Below, in pieces: positions 12,101 through 24,789 of a stretch of 64,000 bases of DNA. The notes beneath the pieces are model-generated. The model saw only the letters and a list, made by a program, of their open reading frames with translations. It did no database searches and was not told where the DNA came from. Within the stretch, counting starts at the first letter, position 1; every line of letters starts with the position of its first letter. This DNA comes from Mytilus trossulus (lineage: Eukaryota), in the NCBI RefSeq assembly GCF_036588685.1, contig NC_086379.1, forward strand, positions 79,732,001-79,796,000, given 5' to 3'. The position numbers and the translations under genes were made by a program.

Positions 12101-14904
12101 AGCTAAGTACAGCCAATGTTTCCAAGTTAGTTATTATATTATACAAGGTAGCACTTCATTCAGGTGTAAACTTTAATAGTTATTTTCTTTGTACAGTGCA
12201 CTAATTAGCTTTTTAGACATTTGAAAGTTTGTTCTTTTTAGCCATTTGAAAGTTTGTTAAATGTTATATCACATTTTAAGTACTGTTAAGTGTGACATTT
12301 TTCAGGGTTTTCATATTTATTATTTCTAAGTGATAATTGCAAAAAAAATAATATCTACGAAACAGAGAAAACTCCTTGAAAATAATACTCTTTACCGTAC
12401 TTTGGATATGATAAATTACCATTTCACCATTTCAGAATTTGAAGGACTATTAGTAATCTGATTGCTTGTTCCAGAAATGAAAGAAATTAATTTCATGTCA
12501 TTGGTCAAATTTTGATTGTTAAAGACAGTTACGGCCAAAGACAAAGTTTTGGTTTAAGCTTTTGAAAATTATTAGATTCTGAAATTGTGAATAATGAACA
12601 TATTTTCTTTTAGTTTCATTAGCTTTGTAATATTATATATTGTTTCTGCTTTGAAGCATATTTATATTTTAACAGTGCAATATTTTTGTTATTTATTATA
12701 CATAAAATAGTACATGATTATTACGTTACATTGATTGCATGGGATTTTTTTTATTATATGCTTAAATATTTGTCCAGGAGGTTCAAACATTTTCTAAAAA
12801 ATTGACAATTGATATATTCTATCAAACGATGAACAGTTTTAATGAATTTAACATGTCCGCATCAGAGAAAAATTGCTAATTATCTTTTGCAAGCTTCACA
12901 AAGATAAAGTATTTTTTGTCTGATGATTTTATTGAAATATTTTTGCATTAACAATTTATTTTCATTCTATTGACATAATGTTGAAAATGACTTATAGGCA
13001 CTAAAGTGGGTGTGGTTCTTATAATTGTTTTTATCTTTACTGTATTATACACTATTTGTTAAAAACACAAGGGATTATAATAAATGATTTGGTTATATAC
13101 TAAACAATTTGGGAAATGAAAGCAATAAAATATTATTTCAGTACAGCTATGATATACATTATGTGCAAGTTAGAAATCTCTTCCATGTATAACCAGTACC
13201 TATTTGTAGTACTTATTATTAATCAATATATACTGGGATTTGATCCCATCAATCATAAAAAAACAATTGCACCCTCACACAGTTAATTCAACTGTGGAGG
13301 TCCTGTTTTAAAAATTGGAAAACTTTTTATTTGCCTAAAGTTACCTGCGGCATAATTCTAATGATCTGTAATTGTACGGGTTTTCATATTGAAAATATTT
13401 TTTGTATTCGACATTTTCCAAGAAGAACAACATGTAGCAGTATTAAGCCTTTTTCCAAAGATATATATCTCAGTATAATTAGATTTTAATGTCATTTATG
13501 CTTTACTTACAGAGGTTGAATTTGGAACCATGGCATCTTTTTGTTCTTCGAATACTTCAAGGCTGTCAGATAATTATGATTTGCTAGATCAAGAAGAAGC
13601 ACTAGGTGGTGCACCGCCTCCACAAGAGGAAGAAACCACTAAACCAAGACCTAATAGCCAACCAATACAAAAATCTGAATCAGCTTCCAATCTCCATGCA
13701 CCCTTAGCAGAAGTGTAAGTCACTTAGACATATAACTTGTATCACTCATGCATTGGTATACTGTTCGTTCAGAAATTATTCTGAGGTTTTTAAAAATTTG
13801 AAGTTGGTGAGTATTGTAATAATGATGACATCAGGAGCCTGTAATCCAGTGGTTGTCGTTTGTTAATGTGTTACATATTTTTTTTTCGTTCATTTTTTTA
13901 CAGAAATAAGGCCGTTAGTTTTCTCGCTTGAATTGTTTTACATTGTCTTATAAGAGCCTTTTATAGCTGACTATATGCAGTATGGGCTTTGCTCATTGTT
14001 GAAGGCTGTACGGTGACCTATAATTGTTAATGTTTGTGTCATTTTGGTCTTTTGTGGATAGTTGTCTCTATGGAAATCATACCACATCTTCTTTTTTATA
14101 TTGCATTCTGAAATCTGAAATAGTTACCAGATTTGAATTGAATTTAAAACAGTTGGAAGATGAAGGGGTCGGGGAAAAGCCTATTAATTTTGGTCAACAG
14201 GTCAAGGTCAAAAGTTAATGTCACTGTCATTGAAAATTGAATGTTTTTAATTGGTTTTGGAATGGTATTGAACAATGAAAAAATTAATGTGGCTGCATAT
14301 TACCATTCACATAACAAATAAATGATCTATATTTTATTTCAGAGAACCAACTTCACCTAGATCACATCGTAAACACAAGTTAAAACCAGCACCACCACCT
14401 CCACCGGAGAGACCATATTCAATCGCTGTGACAGCTAGTTACTCCAAAGCCAATAATCCGGCTCAGTTTCAAACATGGCCACGTCAGGCTGTATCAGAAT
14501 CAAACGATGAAAAATCAAGTGCAACAAAAACTAGATCTTCACCAGATAAACCTCCTGTAGCTGAAAAGCCAGGACATCCTCCAAATAGAGCTTCCACGAT
14601 ATCATATGGTGATAGGCCAGTGGCGCCACCACCTGATCGACCTAGTAAACCGCCACCAGCCACACCAAGTCATCAAAGATCAGCGTCAACAGGAAGTGCC
14701 AACAATGCTGGATTATCAGTCACAATGGAACAAAACGGCCAAGGTAGTTTAACAAATATTTCACCAGACTTTGTAGAAGGTGCTGGGCACAAACATAGCC
14801 AAACTAACCGCTTAAGCCAACATGGTAGTGCAAGACCACGACCAACACCACCACCACCACCACCCCCGTCAACCAATAAAAATACAGAGAATACACATTT
14901 ATAG
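44..14904 (+). CDS. ARHGAP44: RICH-family Rho GTPase-activating protein (ARHGAP17/ARHGAP44/SH3BP1-like), 3' part; N-terminal BAR exons lie upstream of the window
   Basis: Phase-consistent GT-AG exons 44-174, 845-892, 1704-1767, 3385-3469, 5054-5128, 6389-6505, 6800-6879, [7999-8652 optional], 13513-13714, 14343-14904. Translation: KPVYGLPLEEHLRVTGRDVALVIEAC...EEE/GLFRIAG (Arg finger)...ALKQYLRELPEPLLT...NKMTPSNIAIVIGPNLLW...ADWFFPE, then a Pro-rich tail ending ENTHL*. ARHGAP17 vs 44 cannot be distinguished; likely a co-orthologue. Confidence 0.9.
238..445 (-). mobile_element. Degenerate tRNA-derived SINE fragment
   Basis: B-box-like GGGTTGGAACCCC on the - strand (about 416-428); body similar in reverse complement to 6050-6170. 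Confidence 0.45.
845..892 (+). CDS. ARHGAP44: RhoGAP exon with arginine finger (GLFRIAGMASRVKKLK)
   Basis: ttcag| and |gtaagg; GLFR motif. Confidence 0.92.
1704..1767 (+). CDS. ARHGAP44: RhoGAP exon (TSFDAGVVDMDEYALDIHSVA)
   Basis: tgtag| and |gtaaat; D-x-H-x-VA motif. Confidence 0.88.
1905..2376 (+). mobile_element. Non-autonomous helentron-like element (HINE / DINE-1 / pearl-type architecture)
   Basis: 5' CCCCGC, short (GTCA/GTCT)n microsatellite, two ~168-bp internal tandem units (from ~2000 and ~2168), 3' GCGGGGG inverted partner followed by a short stem-loop AGTGAGC...TTTCACT. Confidence 0.7.
3385..3469 (+). CDS. ARHGAP44: RhoGAP exon (ALKQYLRELPEPLLTYYLY)
   Basis: ccag| and |gtaagt; canonical LKxYLRELPEPL motif. 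Confidence 0.93.
3838..4820. mobile_element. Foldback/MITE with ~200-bp imperfect inverted arms
   Basis: 3838-4043 is the reverse complement of ~4606-4820 (e.g. AGAATCTGAAGCGAGATGATGTATCAAATGTTCTTGCTTTGTA / TACAAAGCAAGAACATTTGATACATCATCTCGCTTCAGATTCT). Confidence 0.75.
5054..5128 (+). CDS. ARHGAP44: RhoGAP exon (PQNQRLQALWKVVHDLPEPNYNNF)
   Basis: tatag| and |gtatgt; LPxxN motif. Confidence 0.9.
5358..5919. mobile_element. MITE with TTAA target duplication (Kolobok-like RR...YY termini)
   Basis: TTAA|GGAGGCTCGCGGGT ... ACCCGCGAGCCCCC|TTAA. Confidence 0.8.
6389..6505 (+). CDS. ARHGAP44: RhoGAP exon (YLVKFLAQLSEKSDINKMTPSNIAIVIGPNLLW)
   Basis: tttcag| and |gtaggt; NKM..N.AIV.GPNLL motif. Confidence 0.93.
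6800..6879 (+). CDS. ARHGAP44: RhoGAP exon (ASMASSGSVSNLLEMIVSNADWFFPE)
   Basis: ttccag| and |gttagt; ADWFFP marks the end of the domain. Confidence 0.9.
7999..8666 (+). CDS. ARHGAP44: Candidate alternative RhoGAP exon (Ser-rich, DIDFHQVNK...): cassette 7999-8652 or alternative terminal exon to TGA 8666
   Basis: ttttacacag| acceptor in the correct phase (1); about 220 open codons in AT-rich DNA; possible donor CAG|gtcaga at 8652/8653. Confidence 0.7.
9542..9627. repeat. Hairpin with a perfect 26-bp stem
   Basis: CCTCATCATGGTTCATTGACTTTGAA ... TTCAAAGTCAATGAACCATGATGAGG, with further inner pairing AACAATTT/AAATTGTT. Confidence 0.85.
11565..12070 (-). mobile_element. Penelope-like retroelement 3' remnant
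   Basis: Reverse-complement similarity to the RT remnant at 31010-31430 (CTCCCAGTTGATA...GCTTG.ATTTCCT.TCATG). Confidence 0.55.
13513..13714 (+). CDS. ARHGAP44: RhoGAP exon (EVEFGTMASFCSSN...APLAE)
   Basis: cttacag| and |gtaagt; phase 1 to phase 2, consistent with neighbours. Confidence 0.85.
13830..14101 (+). mobile_element. Short interspersed repeat, family with many copies in this window
   Basis: Shared 3' end GTTGTCTC.TTGGCAATCATACCACATCTTC; other copies or fragments at ~10360-10480, 22350-23360(-), 31460-31510, 32392-32567(-), 51770-52160(-), 57465-57740, 57950-58030, 59310-59640, 62308-62372(-). Confidence 0.75.
14343..14904 (+). CDS. ARHGAP44: RhoGAP terminal exon, Pro-rich, ending in a class I PDZ-binding motif (ENTHL*)
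   Basis: tttcag| acceptor; KPAPPPPPERP and PRPTPPPPPPP motifs; TAG at 14902-14904. Confidence 0.9.
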
Positions 14905-17900
14905 AACAAACGTACATTTAGGAACTTAATAAATTGGTTGTTTTTATTATACAATATAATTTATCATAAATGTACAGATTTTTAAGAATTTTTTTGAGTG
15001 CAATCAAAATTTGTTCAATATTAGATCTACTTTTATTATGTAAATTGCATTTTTTACTTGATTGTATATTTAGTAATGTGCATTTTGGTGTGATAGGTTT
15101 CTTGTGTCATGTCATATATAATACAAGCTTATTGCTTTTTGTGCTTTAAAAGCTTGTAAATAAATTCAGGAAAATTCATAAAATTCATACATCAACGCCG
15201 TAATATTTAAAAAAAAAAACATCATTAAAATACAGATCGTTTTTTTCCCTGATTGATTGCTGATTACTTTACATCACGTCTTTTCATTGCTGTGTTTGCT
15301 AACTTTACGTCGTATTGACTTTTTGTCATGGAACTACTTTTATCAACACAATTGTGATTAGTATTATACTTACATTGTCAAGATATGTTAAATTAGCCAC
15401 AAGTTAAGCAGTGACCAATACCTAAGTTTTGATCTCAGAATCTCTCAAAATAATTATGTTGGAGTGAAAAGAAAGATGATGTTGCACTACCTTGTAATTA
15501 ACATTATATTTCCACTGGCATGCTTCCAAATTCTGTTCACCTGAACATTTTTTCCAATCGATTTTGGGAGATTTTCTTTTTTTCCTTCGCATATGAAAAA
15601 ATATATTTTCTTGACTGCTTGCTTTAAACCTGTATTATAAATAGCTTCATATTATTCAAGGCTTATATGTATTTCATTCACATTTAGGAAAAACTTCTTT
15701 TGTTTTTGATATTCGATACTCTCTTATGTAAAGATCTAAAAAAAGAACTTGAACAATAATATTTCAAAAAAAGGAATAAAAAGTTATTTCTTAACGAATT
15801 CAAAGATGTCATAGTAGAATAACTGTTTAAATTTTAATTAATATGCTGCAATTAACTAAATAGCTGTACTGTGGCATGATACCAGAAATACAGTGATGAA
15901 TAGCTATAGGATATTGGAGTCTATATTTTGTACGACACAATTTTGGTCCAGAGTAAAATACTAAATTGCACAAGTTTGAGAGTGCTGTAAATGTTGTACA
16001 AAAAAATGGTCACCAGTATTTGTGCAATACACCAATTAATTTATGGAAAAACTTGCAAAAAGTGCATATGATGATAACGTCACCGTTTTGAAATTATATT
16101 GCAATGATCAATGCCATCAAATAATGCAGGATAACTTAGGGTAAATGTTAACATTGAATATAACATTGCTACTACCATATACAAGGATATATTTAGCAGG
16201 TCTTATTATGTACTCTCAGTGATATAGTAGTATGCATGTGTAGAAATGTAGATGTGAAGTTTTATAACATAAAAACATTAATGTATTTAACCCTTTAATC
16301 AGAAGTACGGACAATAACATACAAAGAATGATAACTCTTGTTAGGAGAATGAGAGTCAAAATTTGCCATTTATTGTATAAAAATTTTACAATTATACCAG
16401 CAAGTGCTACAAACAGCTACAGTTGTATCTGATATAGAAATCCAAACTCATGTACTTTTACTTTATTTCTAATGATTTGTTTGAAGTTAAATTATTGCTA
16501 ATTTAATTGTAGATAAATAATATATAGTGAACTTAAAGGATGATTATTAGTTAATTTATGAACAATCTTAGTAGTTAGTTATGTATAATAAACTTGTGCA
16601 ATGCTTGAATGATGAAAAGTTTGAATGTTTATATCATGGATAATCAAAATCTGAATGAATGGCAAACCTAAACTAACAAATTTAAAATCTGCTAGAGGTT
16701 TAAAAGTGGGGATACACATATTTATTAATTTCAATACATTTTTCTCTTAAACTTTTCAAATTTACTTTGTTATGAATATAGATATAGCTATTTCCAGTAA
16801 TTGTCATTAGTATTATAACCTTTAATGTTGCTCCACCAAGTACAAGTGACCTAAGTATGGTAATTCTGTTCTATAACTGCATGTTCAATGGGTTTGAAAA
16901 AGAAAATATTGAATGACGTTAGAATAAGATATAGAAATTTAGGCTGAATTGAAAAAAATATGTACTTTTGAAAAGCTAAGAAAATAGCATAAAAGGTATT
17001 GAAAAGTTAGTTTTTTTTTAGATTAAGATATTTATAATCTGTTGACTTTACCTTTGATTTTCACTTGACTCTGTTCTAAAATCTAAATTATCATTCTCAT
17101 TCTGGCATAGGAGCAATTTCAGGTAAAACTAACATTGATGTTTTAATGATCTAGTAGAACAACCTCAAAAATCAGTTGGCAAATGAATTGTTTATGCCTT
17201 AAGTTTAAAGATATGATAAAATGAAAAAAAGAGTCTGCTTTTATAAATCGAAAATAAAATCGAAAAACCTATCAATAAGTCAGGTAAAACGATAGCAGAA
17301 AAATATGTCCAACCTTAAAACTTTGATTTTATTTGATAATTAATGATTCCTTGATGATCATTTGTATTAATAAATTATTGTAGTCATTAAATTATGCTGC
17401 TTGCAATGCTAGTTTTGATCAATCATTTCTTTTAAATTGTAGATTCTGGATCGTAGCCCATTTTTGCTTATCAATGTGTTTGTATTCCCACTGTAAATAA
17501 AAAAAATTCTCAAGTTAAGTGTCACTAGTGCTTTTATAAGTCATTAAATTATGTTATTGTTGTATATATTATAGCATTCCTTAAAGTCTTTCATTTATCA
17601 ATTTCTTACAATTGTCATATTTACTTTTGTCATTTTGCTTTAATTATGGCTTAGTGCTCGTATATTTTATAATATCCTTTTTATGTACCACATTGGTGAT
17701 CCTTTACTTTCATTTTGTCTTTGAAACATGTTGATGGCAGTGAACATTTGCATGTTCAGGAACGTAAAACCAGTGACACAAGTAATTAGTACAAAATATA
17801 TGTGTACAGTTTTTTTGGACTGGTCACAAATGATCATTAATTTATTACTGATGTTAAAAAGATTAATTTTTGGAAACTAAACTTTTGATTAGATTTATAA

Positions 17901-18045
17901 ACTTTTTATAACAATATTTCCTTACTCTCCCAGCTTACTGAAGACACTAGGATGAATCTCCCTGCTTGCAGACTTAAGTGCTTCTTGGTCCAGGTGTCCA
18001 TTTTAAATAGAGTTTTCTGAACAGTTTTTGTTTCTTTGAGCATTG

Positions 18046-18190
18046 CAGGGGTGGATCCAGCCATTTTAAAAAGGGGCGTTTCCAACCCAGGACAAAGGGA
18101 GGGGGGTCCCCATTCAAATGCATTGATCAGCCAAAAAAAGGGGGTTCCAAGTTCCAACCTCCAGAACCCCCCCCCCCCCCTCTCCCACCC
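18046..18190. mobile_element. Small GC-rich MITE (CAGGGG(C/T)GGATCCAG family)
   Basis: Near-identical start GGATCCAGCCATTTTAAAAAGGGG and CCCATTCAAATGCATTGATC also at 52520-52590; related ends at ~33855-33901 and 59436-59605. Confidence 0.6.
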
Positions 18191-21100
18191 CTTGGGTTGG
18201 CAAATGCCTTGCTTTATTCATCACAACATACTATTTCAATCTCTAAAAGATTTGTAATCACATGTTTCTATTTGGTTAGTCATGATTTATGTCGAATAAA
18301 TTTGATTTTCTTACACCTGTCCGTCTTATACAAATGCCAATTACTAAGAAACAAACATCAAGTTTAAATTTGGATGGCTTCAATTGCATCACTCTCAAGC
18401 TATGTTCCTTTATAAATTAAAGAAATGCTGAATGTGCCCTTACTACACTCTTAACATTTCCCTTTTCTCCACCAAATGTTATGAAACATATATAAAATGC
18501 TTATTACATTGTACCACCAAACACAGATCAAGTTTGGGTGGTGTCTTGTTCACTATGCTGAATCGGCAGTATATTTACATATAGGGATTCTGTCATTTTA
18601 AAGTTAGAAGATCTCATTTGAGTCAAGACAGAGCCACTCAAATTGTTACTTTTATCTTATTTTGGTGATAACATGGTAACATTTTTATATCTAAATGAAC
18701 TACCATCTTGAGTGACAAATGAATTAAGAAATATACTCATCATATATACCAGGATTAAAATTTTGTACACTGGAGGTGTGTTTCATCTGAAATATCCTAG
18801 GTTGTGAACTACAGATAATGTTGTAGACTTAAAATCTCAGATAATCGCACAGATTTCTTTTAATTGTGATCTAATAATTCATGAACAGGGACAGTATATT
18901 GAGCTTGATATTTTTAAATGACAATTTAAAAGTGTTGTATTTAAAGGTTTATGTATTAAAACTATTTGTATAAAATGTTAAAAACAAGAATATTCAAATT
19001 TATTGTATTACTTTGCCCAAAGGGAAATAAATCTCACAGATTTTAAACTGCAAAAAGAGAACCATAACCTTTGAAACAGTTCTAGTGTATATTCAGTACT
19101 GCCATGTTTTAAAGAGACCTGAAATTTAGTTTTTCTTTTTATTGATGAGCAAGTTTGTTTGTTTTTTGATGTAACTGTTAAAAATTCTTTCAGAAATGCC
19201 ACCATTTGAGTTTTTGAATTGCAGCGATTAATGCTGACATCAGCATTTAAACTATAAAAACTCCAGACTGATTTTAAAGTTGTTATAATTATTGATACAT
19301 TCAATAAACATATAGCTTTTAGAACAGGGTAAATAATAAATATCCATGCTCTATTGAATTCTACAATTTGTAATTCACAACTACATTGTATATTTTATCA
19401 GACAATGTGTTTCTATTGTTGAATTATTCTACAATTTGTAATAATTGCAATGTATATTTTATTTAACAATGTGGTACTTCTACATTGTATCTTTTATTTG
19501 ACAATGTGGTACATATATTATATAAATTTTTATGATGGAAAATAAACATGCTTGGGTCAGCTGTGATATAAGTTTATGCTGACCATTAAACAAGCACCAG
19601 TAGGCTGTTGATTATCTTTTAATTTATGTCATATGATATATTATGTGAAGCAGATTATGTTATAATATAATATACTGTAGGAATAAAGAATGTTTTTATA
19701 CTTCAGTATTTTTTCAGAATATTCAATAAACTGAAAAGTCCACATGAATTACCAGCTTATTTTCACTGTAACTATAGTATTTTCTTACTTTGGAAAATTA
19801 AAAGTAATAAATATTTTTAGATTTCATCAGCTAGTAAAACTGTATAGACACATTTATAGTGTATCTGTAGCAACAACATAGGTAACTTATGTTTTCCTAC
19901 GAGGAAAATGCAAGTGTGAACTTTGCCATTTCTACTTACATTATTTTGAAGCATCACATTTCTTCATTGGAAGACACACATTTTATATAGGAATATGAAT
20001 GTATAATTTATAACGAAAAAAAATAATAACTTTTTAATAACATTGTAAAATAGATTCTATATATCAGGCTTTTTGAAAGGGAAGTAATCCTTACACATAC
20101 AGTGGAAGGGATCTGTTTTGTGTATTTAATGTTCAAGCATTTACTGTCTTTTAAAGTACTGTATACAAATCTTTGACCATAGGTTTAGTGCAAGTTTTAT
20201 AAGAATCATTAAATCATATGACTTTTTCAACTTTCTTCTTTTTTACTCTGTCAAATTGGTTTAGTTTTACTCATGCCTGGAAACTGTAAGGAGATGTTGT
20301 TATACCTTCTTTTTTATTGAAAAATAAGTGACATCCTGCATTTCTTACAGAAAGTTCTAGATCAGAGTTAGAATTATAGAATCATTTGTCTTTAAAAATA
20401 TCTTTTACTTAAGTATAAATGTATATGTATAGGAGTAGATATTTGTAAACAGTCAAAGAGACAGCAAACAAACATAACAAACAAGACATATATACATCAG
20501 TATACAGCCTTCAATGGTAGACAAAGGACTATACAATATTACAATATGCTAAGCTCTAAATTTCTTAAATAAATTTATCAAAAGATATCAAAGATCCCCC
20601 ATCAACAATGAATTCCTTAAATGCAAAAAAAAGCATTTCAGAAATTAAAAAAAATAACAGCAGCTGACAGGATATGACAGGTTAGAGGTGTGTGAAGTAA
20701 TTTTTTATAGCTCACTTGACCTAAAAGGCACTTTGTGTTTACCTGTTGTCCGACTGTGCGAGGGCTGTATAGCCAGTCAAGGTCGTTTAAACACTTCCAG
20801 TTAGCTGTTGTCTGTAAGCTTTTCTTTAAAAGTCTTCTATATGTGCTCAATTGATTGAAACCAGAGTTAGAATGAAAACAGGGAATATGTCAGGGGACAA
20901 CAACCCAGCCAAAGTGCCCAAAAAACCGCCTGAGGCAACTAATGGGTCTCTAACGCAGCAAGAAAATCCTGTACTAAGAGGCAGGCTTCAGCTGGTCCAT
21001 AAACAAACATGAGTACAAGTTCAGTGAAAAAAGTGGTCACACAAAACTCTGAAACATAAAATAACCTAAATTGGAAGAAAAAAAACAAACAAGTAACTCA

Positions 21101-22548
21101 ATAATGTGTGTCCTTTTGAACTTGAAAATTTTGACTTTGTTTACTGGATAAGTTGTCACTACAACTTGGTTCAAAAAATCTAATTTTGGATGATCCGGAT
21201 AAAAAATGTGAGTATGACTTGTGCTCTGTAATGTTAAAAAAATAATGAAGCAAATACAATCTTTCAAATTATTGTTTTCTCCTTTTTTTTAAATAGACCC
21301 TAGATTCCTTTTTCTTAATTTCTTACAGCTATATCTTATACTATTGATAACTTCCATCATATTATTAAACATGCTGGTGGTCAAAAGGATTTTAAATTTT
21401 AATGCCTTTATTTCAGACAATGATAAATGGTCAAGAAGATCCTGGTTTAAAAAAAAGCCATTAACAAAAATCTTTGTATAAGGTGATTGTGTGTGATACA
21501 GAAGTAACAAAAATTATGTATAATCAGACAAACCAAGAAGTATATATTTATTGATGCTTTGTGTATCAACCTTAAATTTGTTCCTTCTTACCATTTTCTA
21601 TGAAAACCATATTATTTACAATGTTATAATATCTGTTTCTGTTTAAACAACTATTATATTCTATCTATTTTATCAAGAAAACTGACTAATATTTCTTTAA
21701 GTGAAAGTGATACTCCAGAATTTTTCCTCTTTTTCTATATCAAGCTTATGAGCCATCTGATATAGGCAATTCTAAACACTCTTTGTACAAAGCTTAAATG
21801 GGAACAAGACATGGTGCTTTATTCCTTATATGCAAATACATTATGTTACCAAGTGTCTGTCTGGCATATGTCCATTGTCCTTGACCTTGTTTAATGGTTC
21901 AGCGACTATGAAACCATGTAAAGATTGCATAAAATGCAATCAAAACCTTATGGGACTGACGATATCTAAATCTTCCAAGGTTTATCACTACATTTTTTTT
22001 ATACACAAAATATAGTGTATTGATCATAACATTCTTTACATCCTATCCATGAACATTTCCAGAAAGTTATCGATGTACTATATGCTCAGATATTTGAGGC
22101 GCAAAATGATGTTACATTGATCAAGAAAATGACATTACCTTTGCAAGGTGGAGGAATCTAATATCTGTTCTAAAAATATAAATGGTCATCATTGATAAAT
22201 CTTTACCCTCAGTGCTTGATTTTTATTATATTAAATACCAGTAAGAAGATAACTATATTTGGTAGATGTGATCCTTGTAAGGTCTACAGGTCTGTCAGAC
22301 AGTGTCCATCCGACTTCTTCCTCATTTTCAAGGTCAAGTCTTTGTATTCAATAGATATAGGAAGATGTGGTGTGAGTGCCAATGAGACAACTCTCCATCC
22401 AAATAACATTTTAAAAAGTAAACCATTATAGGTTAAAGTACGGCTTTCAACACGGCGCCTTGGCTCACACCGAACAACAAGCTATAAAGGGCCCCAAAAT
22501 TACTAGTGTTAAACCATTCAAACGGGAAAACCAACGGTCTAATCTATA

Positions 22549-23269
22549 TGTTCCAGACCGTATGAGTATTTGGACCGTACGCGTATGGTCCGGACCGTAT
22601 ACGTATACTCGTACGGTCCGACCATACGCGTACGGTCGGACCGTATGAGTATACGCGTATGGTCCGGTACGAGCTGACTATACAGGTAATTAGATTTAAA
22701 CAAATTAAACATTTATCACAATCTTTATTTTGAGTACTTATTTGTTTAATTGTAAATTTTGATCTTATTTTGGTACTCTCAATCTAATGTTTACCAATGT
22801 TACACTCGCTACCACAAATAACGTACTAATATTTTTAACATTAACATTTTTGCAGTTCGTGTATGTTCCTTAGCATTTGCATTTTTTTTGGTAAAGTTTC
22901 TAAATATTCTAAAACAATTGTCCTCCCACATTATATTTACTTCTGATATTTTCAATTGTAGTGATCATAATTCAATTATTTTACTGAGTGATCGACATTC
23001 TAAATACAAGAGAGTAACAGATTTAATGAGCGTGAATTTTTAAATCATTTAAATATAAAGTTGATTTTTTCAATTAAACTTTTGTTATATCAATGTGAGA
23101 GTTAAGTTATATTAATCTGTTATAGGCATCTAATTAACTTTGCAAACTCTTAATATAGTTTATTAGTCATACCGTACGTGTACGGCCCGACCGTATGAGT
23201 ATTTTGAAAAAGTACGCATACGGTCCAGACCGTACGCGTAAGGTCCAAATATTCATACGGTCTGGAACA
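22549..23269. mobile_element. MITE with TG...CA termini and palindrome-rich TIRs, nested in a SINE-like repeat
   Basis: TGTTCCAGACCGTATGAGTATTTGGACC ... GGTCCAAATATTCATACGGTCTGGAACA; host repeat continues on both sides. Confidence 0.85.
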
Positions 23270-23499
23270 AAACGAGAAACGAGAAACACGTATATATTAC
23301 ATAAACCAACGACAACTACTGTACATCAGATTCCTGACTTAGGACAGGTGCAAACATTTGCAAATCTATATCTTTGATATTAAATATAATCAATTGGTCA
23401 AATTAATTTGTTGTAAGAAATTTTTGTAAGATATACAATGTAAAACTGGCAGGTTTTATCTTACAATACTCATTTTCATGGATTCATTTGTCAGTGTAG

Positions 23500-23717
23500 C
23501 ACTAGACTGTCAACACTACGGTTGTCAGCTTAAATCCTGCATGTGGCAAGTGTGCTCCATGCAAATATAAATTGACTAGGATTGTCCTAGTTTTCCTACA
23601 GAAGGTTGGTGATTCTTATCTAGGCATCCCTGCTTTCTCCACCAATAGAAAGTAAATTCTACGAAACTGCACAATGATGTTTACAGTGACATTAAACACC
23701 AATAAATCAATCAATCA
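23500..23717 (+). mobile_element. Degenerate SINE with (AATC)n tail
   Basis: Ends GTGACATTAAACACCAATAAATCAATCAATC. Confidence 0.45.
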
Positions 23718-24789
23718 GACACTTTAAGCAATAAGTTAAATGTATATAGTGTATGTCAAGATTGTATGGTGTATATGTCTACTGGCAGGGTTTATATAAA
23801 CTTTACCTCATTTTTATGGTTCATAAGCCAATATTAGGTTGTCACGGTTTTGTCAGTTCATCAGATACTATAATTGATATAATGAATGATTGTAAGATGT
23901 AGTGTATCATGTTTCATATAAGCTTGACCTAATTTTTATGGTTCATTGGTCAATGTTAAGTTTTCATGGTTAACATTGATACTATACGAAATTGGCCAAC
24001 TATAGTTGGTGCATGGAATGATTTTAAAGGTGTGCATGCATGTCGGTCTGGCAATGTTCATATTTCCTTTTCATACGCTATTTAGAAGCAATAGGTCAAC
24101 TGGATTTGGTGCTTGAAAATATTGTATGATGTAGATGTTGTCTGGCAGTGTTCATCTGACCTTGACCTCACTTTTATGGTTCATTGGTTCACTGATCAGT
24201 TTCGTCTGTTTCTTAGATACAATGAACAGTATGCTCACTAACATATTTGGTGTATGGCGTGATTTTAAGGTATACTTGACTGTCGGAAAGGAGGTTATCC
24301 CGACCTTGACATCACTTACCTGAATCATTGATAATGTAAAGTTTAAGAGGTTCTTGTATTTATTTAAACCTTCATACCACAGACTTTCAAAATAACTTCA
24401 ATCATGATAAAAATAAAAATACAACAGCCAAGACATTTGAGCGTGTGCAATCTAGTTACCGTATGGTCTTATGTTATGCTGTTTAACCAATGAATGTCCG
24501 AGGTTAGAAGATAATTTAGAGCTTGCTTAAATGTTTTACCCTGCCACATGTTGTGTGTGTCTGTCACAAATGAAGTACCATTATATTTTCCAATCATAAA
24601 GGGCATATATATTCTCTATGCTCCCCTTGAATCGATTATCCGTCCCTGGCTGTAATACCTCTTTTACGTGTTCCTTCTAAATACTGGGAACAGCATATCA
24701 ATTGGGCCAATATATATATATGTTCCTGGTTAGAACAGCCATGTCTGTGTGTTGTCCATGTCTTTTGTGTCAGATGTATTAAGTATAAC

